Origin: an uncultured Bacteroidales bacterium
Lineage (GTDB): Bacteria; Bacteroidota; Bacteroidia; Bacteroidales; VadinHA17
Length of the DNA stretch: 64,000 nt
NCBI GenBank assembly: GCA_963736735.1
Contig: CAVTPX010000004.1
Span: 51,941 to 115,940 of the forward strand
Reading direction: 5' to 3'
This document shows positions 48,584 to 58,354 of the stretch, piece after piece. Each line of letters starts with the position of its first letter. The stretch's first letter is position 1. Under the pieces are notes generated by a model. The model made no database searches. It worked only from the letters and a program-made list of their open reading frames with translations, and was not told the origin of the DNA. The position numbers and the translations under genes were made by a program.

Positions 48584-51133
48584 ATGAGAAAAATTATTAC
48601 ATTTTTTATCATTCTGACCATCTGGCCAGGGGCGGTCTTGTATGGACAGGGAAAACCTAAAAATCAAATTGATCCAGTGGGAATTGAAGGCGTGGTGACC
48701 CGGCAGGATCTAAAACCTGTGGCTGTCAGGGCTAATCCTGTAGCCACCAAAGCCGTTACAAACGGCGAAAAACCCGGTGCATTTCAAAACGTCAGCTACA
48801 GTTATGCCGGAAATGTAAGAGCCCTGACGGCTGCCCAGAAGAGCCAGTTAAGTCTTAAGGAGGATGGCATTCTGGACCTGACAGGCAAGACTTTCGTGCC
48901 CAATCCGGATACAGTGTATATTGATCCGCAGAGCGACCTCGTCTTTCAGACTGAGCCGGTAGATGAGACCCAGATGATAATCTTGAGGCCGAAAATGTCA
49001 GCAGTTTTTGATGATATTGAGATTCCCCGGCAGGAGGTGAAAGTCACGCTGGCAAACACGGTTTCACTGGCTGAAGGAATTGTTGCCAGTGCAATGCAGA
49101 CCGGTGGTGATTATGCTGTTAACCTGCAGTTTGACAGTATTAAGTTCCTGCTTGATGAGGCTAAGGAAGGCACACTAACGGCAACCCTTGTGGGGCAGGT
49201 GCTTCTCACCAACCCGCGTGTGGAAGGCAAGTACTCAAAGAACGGAGGCTACCAGCTGGTCTTTAAGACCTCTGAACAGGTAGATCTTAAGGTTTACACC
49301 ACAGTAAAAGCGAAGAAAGAGATAAAAGAACCTATATGGGGTACTGTCATCAGTGCAGGAGACCTTGGAAAGTGCGAACTGGGACTGTTCCTTCTCATAA
49401 ACATGGAGGGTGAAGTGACCCTCGCCTTTGAGATTCATCAGGGACTGGAGTTGGCCCTGGGGGCAAAGGGAAGCACCTTTTATTATATTCCTACAAGCAT
49501 AAGGAATATCTCTGAGCTGGAACAGTGGTGTGATATTAATTACAACATCCAGGCAAAGATGAAAGCCTTCGCAGGGCTTCAGACCACTGCAAACCTAAAA
49601 ATTAAGGGCTACAACGCTCTTGATGTCTATGTCAACGGAGGCATGGAAGGAACTGTAGAAACCGACGGAAGCACCCTTGATGCTGATATCGGATTCAGGA
49701 TCAAGGCCGGAGGCAAGGTGGTCTCAAAGAAATTTACTCTTGTTGATAAGTACTATTCCCTTTGGAAGTTGCAACAGCCTGATTATAAGGGATACAACAT
49801 GCTCATTCATGAGGCTTGCGCCTACGGTGATTATGTGGTGGGAGAGATACAGTCGATTACTGACAGCAAAACTGTTTCGGGGCTTAAAGATACAGTGCCT
49901 TATACCGGATCGCTCTCAGTTATTGTGAAGCATCCTGACAGTAAGACAAACCAGTATCCTGCACAGTCAGATGCGAAAGGGTTATTTGTCGCCAGGGATG
50001 TTCCTCTGAGAAAGGGCGACATTGTAATGATAAAGCTGCCGGATGTAGGTTTTCCGAGCCCGGCCATAGTCGCTACAATTCCCTTCATGGGGATTAGCCT
50101 TTATGCAGCCGATTACTATGCCGGGGTGGCGGAAGGATCAGTGGCAGGGAGTAAAAGTGAGTGGGCAAAACTCGCCAACAGGCAGGCCGCAGGACAGGTT
50201 CCGGGTGTTGTGAAGGATATGTTGCAGAATGGTCCTGCTGCTAAACTAAAGGGTACTCTTTCACAAAGCGAAATTATCAAACGTCTTGACGAGTTTAAGA
50301 ATAATCTAATCGTGTACCGTGGTCCTATAGAATTCATAATACAGCAGGCTCCTGCCATGGCACTTCAGCCCGGCGTCAGACCCCAGGCCCAGGGAAGCCG
50401 TACCGCTCCTGCTGCTGCTGGGAAGGCCCCGGTCAATATGGGGTCGGTTAACTCTCCGTTAGGATTTTTCAATATATCGGGATTGACTTTTGAACCGGGG
50501 CAGAAGGTGAAAGCACGGATCCAGGTCGAAGGATTTACAGTCGAGTCAGATTGGGTGGAGACGGAAGGTCTTTTGGTTTCAGAGATTGAGCATGACGGAC
50601 TGCAGTTTGCCGCTGGACTAAAGACTGAAAGTTTTTCGGCGCAGAACAGCTTTGTGTTAGTTAGTGCCATCAGGAGTGAGACTACTCCCACGGGAGTTGT
50701 AAAGATGATCAAAGGAGAAGATGCAGCTCATGCATCTCTGACTATGGCGAAGGCAGTGCCGGAGTTTCCGGAAGCCAGGAAGGCGATAGTATGGTTCACC
50801 AGAAGCGTCAGTCTGAAACCGCTTACAGGTTATCCGGGCTCTGCGATAGCAGAAACAGGACCATGGAGTGTGACATCAGGGTATTCCTCACCGGGAGACA
50901 TAATCATTCCTGCAAAGAACAGGAAGCACCCGTTTGAGATGGTGACATATGTCTATAAGAATAAAGACCTGGGCTACAGTCTCTTTGTCGATGAGTGCGC
51001 ATCATGTACCTCGCCGTCGAATGTTGTTGACAGGATTGGCACTATGATCAAGCCGGGTATTCCTCTGCAACAGAAGATTGTTGTGCCAGTTAAAAAGGCC
51101 CCGGTGATTCAGGGCAACACCGGGAAGTTCTGA
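48584..51133 (+). CDS. Large secreted hypothetical protein
   Basis: Long ORF with a signal peptide (LYG-Q) and a beta-strand-like central region; no family recognised. Confidence 0.7.
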   Translation: MRKIITFFIILTIWPGAVLYGQGKPKNQIDPVGIEGVVTRQDLKPVAVRANPVATKAVTNGEKPGAFQNVSYSYAGNVRALTAAQKSQLSLKEDGILDLTGKTFVPNPDTVYIDPQSDLVFQTEPVDETQMIILRPKMSAVFDDIEIPRQEVKVTLANTVSLAEGIVASAMQTGGDYAVNLQFDSIKFLLDEAKEGTLTATLVGQVLLTNPRVEGKYSKNGGYQLVFKTSEQVDLKVYTTVKAKKEIKEPIWGTVISAGDLGKCELGLFLLINMEGEVTLAFEIHQGLELALGAKGSTFYYIPTSIRNISELEQWCDINYNIQAKMKAFAGLQTTANLKIKGYNALDVYVNGGMEGTVETDGSTLDADIGFRIKAGGKVVSKKFTLVDKYYSLWKLQQPDYKGYNMLIHEACAYGDYVVGEIQSITDSKTVSGLKDTVPYTGSLSVIVKHPDSKTNQYPAQSDAKGLFVARDVPLRKGDIVMIKLPDVGFPSPAIVATIPFMGISLYAADYYAGVAEGSVAGSKSEWAKLANRQAAGQVPGVVKDMLQNGPAAKLKGTLSQSEIIKRLDEFKNNLIVYRGPIEFIIQQAPAMALQPGVRPQAQGSRTAPAAAGKAPVNMGSVNSPLGFFNISGLTFEPGQKVKARIQVEGFTVESDWVETEGLLVSEIEHDGLQFAAGLKTESFSAQNSFVLVSAIRSETTPTGVVKMIKGEDAAHASLTMAKAVPEFPEARKAIVWFTRSVSLKPLTGYPGSAIAETGPWSVTSGYSSPGDIIIPAKNRKHPFEMVTYVYKNKDLGYSLFVDECASCTSPSNVVDRIGTMIKPGIPLQQKIVVPVKKAPVIQGNTGKF

Positions 51134-51145
51134 CCCAACCTCCCC

Positions 51146-52376
51146 TTATTCGACATCTATTTCGAAGAGCTTTTTATATGACTCAGCAATGTAACTGTCG
51201 AGCCATTTGTAATGCTCCTGTATCGCAATTGTCCGGTTTTTTCCTTCAGGCATACGTGAAAGCAGTTCCCTGGTCTTTATAAATATTTCATTTTCAACAG
51301 GTTCTATCTGCTGCATTATGCCTGTTTTCTCAGCATTGATTACAGCTGCAAGGTTTATGTATTTTCCTCCTGATCCTCTTGTAATCGGAAAGCACAGGCT
51401 TTTCAACTTCATTGCGGCATCACAGAGCGGTGCGTGGAAGTCAGGTTTCATGCTCATCAGTCGCGGCAGATTCCTTACCGGCTGAGATCCATACCGGCAC
51501 TGCAACGGTGACAAGCGGAAATCCGAGAACCGTCCACATCATTGTTTTGTCAGGATCTTCACCTTTTTTTACGCCTGCCACCACGATAACGGAGGCAGTA
51601 ATGTTGCGGGGGATGTAGTCTTCAAATGCACGGAATGCGGGCTGACTGTTGTCTGCCGGGATGCCTTCGCGGAGGTTCACCTTTGTCAGAGAGTGAGTGA
51701 GATTACGTGAGATGTTGTTGATAAGATACTGAGGTTCAAGTTTGTTCATTGCGGCTGCCATATTCAGTACTCCGCTTGCGGTTGCGTACCTTATATATCC
51801 GAATCCCTTATCGATCGGCCCTGTGAATGAATGGTTGGTTCTGATGAGGTATCCGAAGGGAGCGACGGCAGGGTCATTGGCATCGATCTTTTTAAATCCC
51901 TGCTGACCGGTCTCGTAATAGGCGGCACCGCCGGAGGCATCAATCACACCGAAGTTGGCATCCACGCCCAGAGGCTTGGGGAGCTCGGTCAGCATCTTTT
52001 CAAAATCTGCCAGCGTAGCGCACTTCTGTAACGCCAGTTTCATTACAATGCCTTCACGGTCAAGCAGTTTTGCTGTATCGCCGATATTGTTGTTGTATGC
52101 TGCCGAGTTCATTATTGCAAAGCCGGCGGAGTTGTAGCCTCCCCATACCGTTGACTTGCCTTCTGATGTGGCATCGACGAGCCCGATGTAAGGGTATTTG
52201 CCGTCGGTGAAAAATACAAGGGCGTTATCCAGTGTGCCGGTGTCACGGTGTTTGTAGAGTATCGGCCGTCCGTCAGGGGTATATTTGCCGGAAATAATGA
52301 AGGTGGTGCAGGCTGACGCTTCGTTTGAGAGCCCAGCCTGGAGCAATGCGAGAAGAAGAAATATAAGTTTTTTCAT
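51146..52376 (-). CDS. Ntn-hydrolase (C45/C69-like cysteine nucleophile); +1 frameshift near 51474
   Basis: Signal peptide then A-CTTFIISG, YKHRD, GYNSAGFAIMN, RTNH. Confidence 0.8.
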
Positions 52377-52410
52377 GGATTGGAAATTTCACGATAAAGA
52401 TATTTAAAGT

Positions 52411-52674
52411 GAGGCAATAGGCAATAGGCAGTAGAGGAGCGAGCGTAAAGAAATGATCCGGTGAATCATTTTAGCGAGCAGACAGACGGTGCGGAGGCTT
52501 AGTAGCTTGCGGCATGGAGCATGGGAACTCCGAAGGAGTGACATTATGATAGCATGGAGATCAGGGGAAAGATATTATTTCCCCTCCTGAGTCAGAGCCC
52601 TGCCCGTCCGCCAGCCGGCGGACGGGAGGGGTCTTCTCCGCCCGCTGGCGGGCGGAGAAGGGAGGGGCTGTCAA
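52411..52674 (+). repeat. Left composite repeat arm: GGCAATA heptamers, element B variant, element A (52525-52553), GC-rich double-hairpin element C
   Basis: 52437-52674 aligns by eye along most of its length with the reverse complement of 54463-54693. Confidence 0.88.
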
Positions 52675-52735
52675 CATCGCAATTCCTAAAACCTCAGACA
52701 ATTGCCACTTATTTGTATAATGATGCATTTTTCAC

Positions 52736-52743
52736 TACCTTTG
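52736..52743 (+). promoter_or_regulatory. Bacteroidota -7 box (TACCTTTG) for the second helicase, implying a ~170-nt leader
   Basis: TAnnTTTG consensus with TTTG upstream (~52711-52714). Confidence 0.6.
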
Positions 52744-52920
52744 TCGCGATTTAAGCCTAAGTTAGATCTGTATAGACAGCTTAACTCCTTGTCAATCACT
52801 TTCAAAGGAGTCTTTCTACAATCACTAGTTTACGCTGACCAATTCGCCAAAGGAACATTACCCTATTGAACAGATACCCGGTTAATGTAATTTTCAGCGG
52901 CATTAACCAATTAATATATA

Positions 52921-54126
52921 ATGGAATATAACAAAGAACCTCGCTGGAGGGAAAAAAAGAAATTTGACAACAGAAACACAGCAAAGAAAAGAACTCCTGA
53001 CAAAAAGAAGAGCAACACAAAAAGCCTGAATCCTGACCTCTTTATCAAAAAGGCCGGGGCAGTAGCGAAGAAGGAGTATAAATCGTTCAGACTCATTGAT
53101 CAGCTTCCGGTAAGCCGGAGTATAATCACCAACCTGCAGAACAAGGGATACACTTCCCCCACAGAAATCCAGGACAAGACAATAGATGCAATCCTCAGTG
53201 GCAAGAACCTTATGGGACTTGCACAAACTGGTACCGGTAAGACGGGAGCATTTCTTATACCACTGATACACAACCTGGTGCAAAAGGAAACAATGTTCCA
53301 GGTACTTGTAGTCTCTCCCACCCGTGAGCTCGCGATGCAGATAGACGCTGAATTCAAGAGTATAGCAATAGGGCTGCATCTTTACAGCACCTGTCTCATT
53401 GGCGGTACCAGTGTTCAGCGCGATGTAAGCAACCTTAGAAGACCGAGTCACATTGTCGTCGGAACTCCAGGCAGGATAGCCGACATGGTACGTCAGAGGG
53501 CACTGCGGCTGAACACATTCACAATTCTGGTACTCGACGAGTTTGACAGGCTCCTCGATATGGGTTTCGCAACCGAAATACAGAGGCTGGTCGACGGTAT
53601 GAATAACCGCCGACAGACTATACTTTTTTCTGCAACAGAGGATAAAAGTCAGCGCAAGCTTATAGGAGAACTGCTTGATAATCCGTATGAGGTGCGTGTG
53701 CGCAATGAAAATATGTGCGCTGACAATATCGAACAGGATATTGTAACCGTTAAGGACGGGGAGAAGAAAATTGATCTTCTGCTGAAAATGGTACGCGACA
53801 AGAGCTTTGAGAAGGTGCTTGTCTTTGCCGACACCAAGCGAGTTGTGAGCCGTATCTGCAGGGACCTGCGCAACGGAGGCATAAAGGTCGACGAGATTCA
53901 TGGTGACAAGTCGCAGAACTACCGCATAAAAGCGCTTGATTCATTCAAGAACCGGAAGATTCAGGTGCTTGTTGCAACTGATGTGGCAGCACGCGGGCTG
54001 GATATTTCGCATGTATCGCATGTGATAAATTTTCAGCAGCCGAAGGATATGGAGAGCTATATTCACAGAATCGGACGTACCGGGAGAGCCGGTGCCTCAG
54101 GAAAAGCACTTACCTTTGTTAACTAA
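52921..54126 (+). CDS. DEAD-box RNA helicase (DEFD variant)
   Basis: AQTGTGKT, PTRELA, TPGR, DEFD, SAT, ARGLD, HRIGRTGR; basic N-terminal extension. Confidence 0.95.
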   Translation: MEYNKEPRWREKKKFDNRNTAKKRTPDKKKSNTKSLNPDLFIKKAGAVAKKEYKSFRLIDQLPVSRSIITNLQNKGYTSPTEIQDKTIDAILSGKNLMGLAQTGTGKTGAFLIPLIHNLVQKETMFQVLVVSPTRELAMQIDAEFKSIAIGLHLYSTCLIGGTSVQRDVSNLRRPSHIVVGTPGRIADMVRQRALRLNTFTILVLDEFDRLLDMGFATEIQRLVDGMNNRRQTILFSATEDKSQRKLIGELLDNPYEVRVRNENMCADNIEQDIVTVKDGEKKIDLLLKMVRDKSFEKVLVFADTKRVVSRICRDLRNGGIKVDEIHGDKSQNYRIKALDSFKNRKIQVLVATDVAARGLDISHVSHVINFQQPKDMESYIHRIGRTGRAGASGKALTFVN

Positions 54127-54137
54127 ACACACCGACT

Positions 54138-54347
54138 ATGGCAGGACCGAATAACAGCTACATCAAGAAGCAGAAGACCGAGAAACGCCTCAAGAAGAGG
54201 CGTGAGAAGGAACAGAAAAAAGTGCAGCGCAAGGAGAATTCACCGGGCGGAGGCCTCGAGAATATGATCGCGTATGTTGACAAGTTCGGGAAGATCACCG
54301 ATGAGAAACCCGAGGAACTGGTGGAAGAGAAGGACTCGGAAAAGTAG
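54138..54347 (+). CDS. Small basic protein resembling the N-terminal extension of Bacteroidota cold-shock proteins
   Basis: KKQKTEKRLKKRREK...LENMIAYVDKFGKITD; no cold-shock domain follows. Confidence 0.7.
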   Translation: MAGPNNSYIKKQKTEKRLKKRREKEQKKVQRKENSPGGGLENMIAYVDKFGKITDEKPEELVEEKDSEK

Positions 54348-54352
54348 GGAAA

Positions 54353-54450
54353 GATGCGATTCGCGATTTGCGATTTGCAATGTGCGAATTGTGAATGGGG
54401 TGAGATTTGCGAATTGCGAATGTAATATGTGAATCTGCGATTTGCAATTT
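54353..54450 (+). repeat. Degenerate TTGCGAW heptamer repeat
   Basis: tgcgattcgcgatttgcgatttgcaatgtgcgaattgtgaat...tttgcgaattgcgaat. Confidence 0.75.
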
Positions 54451-54462
54451 TGGAGTTAATTA

Positions 54463-54752
54463 TTGACTGACTACCCCCTTCTCCGCCCGCCATCTGGAGG
54501 GAGAAGACCCCTCCCGTCCGCCGGTTGACGGACGGGCAGGCTCTGACTCAGCAGCGGAATTAATATCTTTTACCGTTATCCATGCTATCATAATGTCACT
54601 CCTTCGGAGTTTAATGAACAATATTCTCCTTACCTCCCCACTGTCTGTCTGCTCTCTAAAAATGCCCACCGGGCATTTTCTTTACGCTCGCTCCCCATGC
54701 TCCATGCTCCATGCCCCATTCCATAAACCCATAAACCTATAAACCTTTAAAC
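54463..54752 (-). repeat. Right composite repeat arm (C, A at 54584-54611, B at 54633-54693) plus GGAGCAT heptamers and GGTTTATA 8-mers
   Basis: Inverted relative to 52437-52674. Confidence 0.88.
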
Positions 54753-54814
54753 TCCCTCTTGCCCGCGATATGCAAAAAGTGTAAATTTGCCCTGCACTTT
54801 AAAAAAGCATCAGT

Positions 54815-55096
54815 ATGATCAAGGTAAATGAATACTTCGAAGGGAATGTGAAATCAATGGGTCTCGAGAATGAAGAGGGCCGGGCAACAGTGGGGGTGAT
54901 GGCACCCGGAGAATACGAATTCGGAACTTCAACTGTAGAATATGTGACTGTTGTGTCAGGCAGCATGACCGTGCTCCTGCCGGGAGAGACCAAATGGAAA
55001 ACGTATAAGCCTTTCCAGACCTTCATGGTGCCTAAGGATGCAAAATTCAACCTTCGCCTGGAGGAGGCTTCGGCATATAAATGCATTTATAAATAG
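54815..55096 (+). CDS. ppnP: Pyrimidine/purine nucleoside phosphorylase
   Basis: VNEYFEGNVKS...ATVGVMAPGEYEFGT...YKCIY (YaiE/DUF1255 family). Confidence 0.92.
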   Translation: MIKVNEYFEGNVKSMGLENEEGRATVGVMAPGEYEFGTSTVEYVTVVSGSMTVLLPGETKWKTYKPFQTFMVPKDAKFNLRLEEASAYKCIYK

Positions 55097-55120
55097 TATT
55101 CCTGCTATATTCTTCAGATC

Positions 55121-55513
55121 ATGGCTGGTCACAAGGGTTCACCCTATTATGATATTTTTCTCCGCTACGAGATATGGCTTGAGTCAGTCATGAAAAAGAC
55201 TGTACTCAATGGAGAAGGGTTCAGTCTCCTTCAGGAGATAGAGAAGTCAGGATCCCTTTCAGGAGCTGCAAAGAACCTTCAGATAAGTTATCGCAAGGCA
55301 TGGGGATTACTACGGGAGACGGAACAACACCTGGGATTTTCGCTGGTCGACAAACGGCGCGGCGGGGCCGCAGGGGGCAGGTCAAACCTCTCTGACGAAG
55401 GACTCCAGCTTCTAAGGGCTTACCGTAGCCTGCACCATGAGACTGACATAGCGATGAAAAACATTGCAAAGGTCTTTTTTGCCCGGATCAATGACATTCC
55501 TGACAACCGATGA
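55121..55513 (+). CDS. ModE-like wHTH regulator without a molybdate-binding domain
   Basis: LLQEIEKSGSLSGAAKNLQISYRKAW...LVDKRRGGAAGG. Confidence 0.88.
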   Translation: MAGHKGSPYYDIFLRYEIWLESVMKKTVLNGEGFSLLQEIEKSGSLSGAAKNLQISYRKAWGLLRETEQHLGFSLVDKRRGGAAGGRSNLSDEGLQLLRAYRSLHHETDIAMKNIAKVFFARINDIPDNR

Positions 55514-56472
55514 AGAAATTACTGATTCCCGCAATAATCCTGGTCATACTCCTTTCAGGATGCGGCAATACCCCGAAAACCAGGAATATAATAATCTTCC
55601 ATGCCGGCTCACTGTCAGTCCCGGTGAAGAAACTCAATGAAGCTTTTGAAAAAGCTAATCCCGGCGTCAGGATACTCTCCGAAGCTGCAGGATCACTTGC
55701 CTGCGCCCGAAAGGTGACAGAGCTTGGCAAACCCTGTGACATAATTCTTTCAGCCGATTATTTTGTAATTGACAAGATGCTTATCCCTGATTATGCTTCG
55801 TGGAATATCAGGTTCGCAACAAACGAAATAGTTATCGGATACCGTCCTGAGTCGAAATATGCGGCAGAAATTACCGGCGAAAACTGGTATGATATTCTGC
55901 TCCGCAGGGATGTCATTTACGGGCGGTCTGACCCCGATGCGGACCCCTGCGGATACCGTACGGTCTTCACCGCTCAGCTGGCGGCAGAATACTATCGTCG
56001 TCCGGGAATTGCGGACTCACTGCTGAACAAGGACCGTGATTATATAAGGCCCAAGGAGGTCGACCTGGTTGCCCTTGCGGAGACGGGGGTCATCGACTAT
56101 ATGTTTCAGTATAAGTCGGTTGCAATACAGCATGGATTCCGGTACCTGGAACTTCCTGACTCAATTAATCTTTCTGATATTGCGCTGAAGGACCATTATA
56201 TCAAAGGTTCCTACATGATCCCCGGGTCAGAACCCGGTACGCGCACGGAGGTGAATGGTGACTACATTAGTTACTCGGGTACCGTTCTCGGCAATGCACC
56301 GGAAAAGGATCTTGCAATAAAGTATTTCCGGTTTCTGCTGAGTGAAGAGGGCCGGAACATATTTCTCGGCTCCGGCCAGGAGCCTGTCATACCGGCGGTA
56401 ACAGAGCAGTCGGGTTCCATTCCTCAGGAGCTTCAGCCCTTTATTGCTGAAACTGCAAACATTAACAGATAG
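55510..56472 (+). CDS. wtpA: Tungstate/molybdate ABC substrate-binding lipoprotein, WtpA type
   Basis: Lipobox LSG-C; FHAGSL, EAAGS, SADY, FATNE, DPDADPCGYR, RPKEVDL, YKSVAIQH. Confidence 0.85.
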   Translation: MKKLLIPAIILVILLSGCGNTPKTRNIIIFHAGSLSVPVKKLNEAFEKANPGVRILSEAAGSLACARKVTELGKPCDIILSADYFVIDKMLIPDYASWNIRFATNEIVIGYRPESKYAAEITGENWYDILLRRDVIYGRSDPDADPCGYRTVFTAQLAAEYYRRPGIADSLLNKDRDYIRPKEVDLVALAETGVIDYMFQYKSVAIQHGFRYLELPDSINLSDIALKDHYIKGSYMIPGSEPGTRTEVNGDYISYSGTVLGNAPEKDLAIKYFRFLLSEEGRNIFLGSGQEPVIPAVTEQSGSIPQELQPFIAETANINR

Positions 56473-56473
56473 G

Positions 56474-57286
56474 ATGAAGCAGCATACCCTGTTCCACTGG
56501 GTTTTCATGGTGCTCGCGGCACTGGTGCTGCTGTTTATAATCGCCCCGCTGGCAGGGATGTTTATCGATTCTTCCTTCGGGGAGATATTTAAAACCGCCG
56601 TCGACGAAGAGGTTCAGCGCAGCATCTGGCTCACCCTCTCAATAGCTTTCTGTGCCACGCTGTTTTTTGCCGTCGGCGCTGTGCCACTGGCATGGATCAT
56701 GGCCCGCAAGAGCTTCCCTTTCAAGAAAGTTGTTCAGGGCATCATCGACCTGCCTGTGGTATTGCCTCATACGGCTGCCGGCATAGCCCTGCTTGGATTC
56801 ATTTCCAGGGAAGGATTACTCGGCGGTGCGGCTGAGAAGGCCGGCATCATGCTTGTCAACAATGCGGCCGGCATAGCCCTGGCGATGGCCTTCGTCAGCC
56901 TGCCCTTTCTGATAAATGCCGCCCGCGACGGCTTCGCTGCGGTGCCTGAGCGAATTGAAAAAGCCGCGCTCACACTCGGCGCCTCACCCGCAAGAATATT
57001 TTTCACAATATCAGCGCCGCTGGCGTGGAGATCAATCGTCTCCGGATTCATAATGATGTTCGCCCGCGGCATGAGCGAGTTCGGCGCCGTCGTGATTATC
57101 GCCTATCATCCCATGATCGCCCCCGTACTCATCTATGAACGCTTCAACACATACGGCATCAATTATGCACGCCCGGCATCAATAATATTCATTCTCGTGG
57201 CTCTCTTCTTCTTCGTCCTTTTCAGGTTCCTGGCAACGGAACGGCGCATTTCATTCATTAAATGGGAAGACGATGTTACGGACTGA
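56474..57286 (+). CDS. wtpB: Tungstate/molybdate ABC permease
   Basis: IDLPVVLPHTAAGIALL, EKAALTLGAS, FARGMSEFGA. Confidence 0.82.
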   Translation: MKQHTLFHWVFMVLAALVLLFIIAPLAGMFIDSSFGEIFKTAVDEEVQRSIWLTLSIAFCATLFFAVGAVPLAWIMARKSFPFKKVVQGIIDLPVVLPHTAAGIALLGFISREGLLGGAAEKAGIMLVNNAAGIALAMAFVSLPFLINAARDGFAAVPERIEKAALTLGASPARIFFTISAPLAWRSIVSGFIMMFARGMSEFGAVVIIAYHPMIAPVLIYERFNTYGINYARPASIIFILVALFFFVLFRFLATERRISFIKWEDDVTD

Positions 57287-58352
57287 GAACCTGAACCTCC
57301 GCCTGGGCGAATTTGCCCTCAGGGATATCTCACTGGAGATCAGCCGGGGAGACTATTATGTACTGCTCGGCCGGTCAGGAGCCGGCAAGACACAGCTGCT
57401 TGAACTAATATGCGGCCTCACCAGGCCTGACAGCGGCAGGATCTTTCTTGACGGCGCTGATATTACCGAAACGAAAGTACAGGAAAGGAACATCGGACTG
57501 GTCTTCCAGGACTTCGCACTGTTTCCGCATTATACAGTCAGGGAAAACATCACTTATCCGCTTATAATAAGGCATCTGGAAAAAAGGGAAATTAGCCTGA
57601 GGGTGGAACGTGCAGCGAAGGAGATGAATATTACACATCTCCTGGCGCGCAAACCGGACCTGCTCTCAGGGGGTGAGAAACAGCGTGTTGCGCTGGCACG
57701 CACCCTTGTCACCGATCCTGCGGTACTTCTGCTCGATGAGCCGATGGCCTCCGTGGATGCAAGTCTCAAGGACAGCATCCGCCGCATGCTGCGCCGTCTT
57801 AACAGGGCAGGACAGACAATCGTTCACGTGACACACGACTTTGACGAGGCCATCAGCCTGGCAAACAGGGTGGGCGTGATTCACAACGGCAAGATAATTC
57901 AGGAGGGAGCGCCGCTGGATGTGTTCAACCACCCTGTCAACCGCTTCGTGGCAAGATATGCAGGCATCAAAAACTTTTTCAGGGTGACCTTTATCAAGTC
58001 CGGAAAAATGTGGTCAGGCATCACCGAAAAAACTACCAAATTCAAGTTGCTGCCGGGTAATTATCCTGCATCGGGACTGTTGATTGTCGGCAGCACGGAG
58101 ATACTTCTTTCACGTCAGGGTGCTCCGGGCATACAACTAAACAATGTCAGAGGCGTTATTGAAGATATAGTCCCCTCGGCAACGGGTTATGAAATCACAG
58201 TCGATGCAGGTGATTATTTTTATGTCGATATCACTCACCGTGATATGGAACAAAACTTATTTAAGACAGGGGAGAAGGTTATCGTCTCGTTTTCCCCGGA
58301 AGCCCTCAGACAGGTAGGCGAGACGGAAGAAACAAGATATCAACCATTCTGA
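57273..58352 (+). CDS. wtpC: Tungstate/molybdate ABC ATPase with C-terminal TOBE-like region
   Basis: GRSGAGKT, LSGGEKQR, LLLDEP, VTHD. Confidence 0.82.
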   Translation: MLRTENLNLRLGEFALRDISLEISRGDYYVLLGRSGAGKTQLLELICGLTRPDSGRIFLDGADITETKVQERNIGLVFQDFALFPHYTVRENITYPLIIRHLEKREISLRVERAAKEMNITHLLARKPDLLSGGEKQRVALARTLVTDPAVLLLDEPMASVDASLKDSIRRMLRRLNRAGQTIVHVTHDFDEAISLANRVGVIHNGKIIQEGAPLDVFNHPVNRFVARYAGIKNFFRVTFIKSGKMWSGITEKTTKFKLLPGNYPASGLLIVGSTEILLSRQGAPGIQLNNVRGVIEDIVPSATGYEITVDAGDYFYVDITHRDMEQNLFKTGEKVIVSFSPEALRQVGETEETRYQPF

Positions 58353-58354
58353 AA

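Noticed and set aside
52903-53901. Long antisense ORFs (also 26940-27776, 41491-42303, 59588-60289)
   Set aside because: They lie opposite well-supported genes and have no recognisable motifs.
52437-54693. Classical IS or composite transposon
   Set aside because: There is no transposase ORF and no target-site duplication. It is kept only as an inverted-repeat cassette finding.
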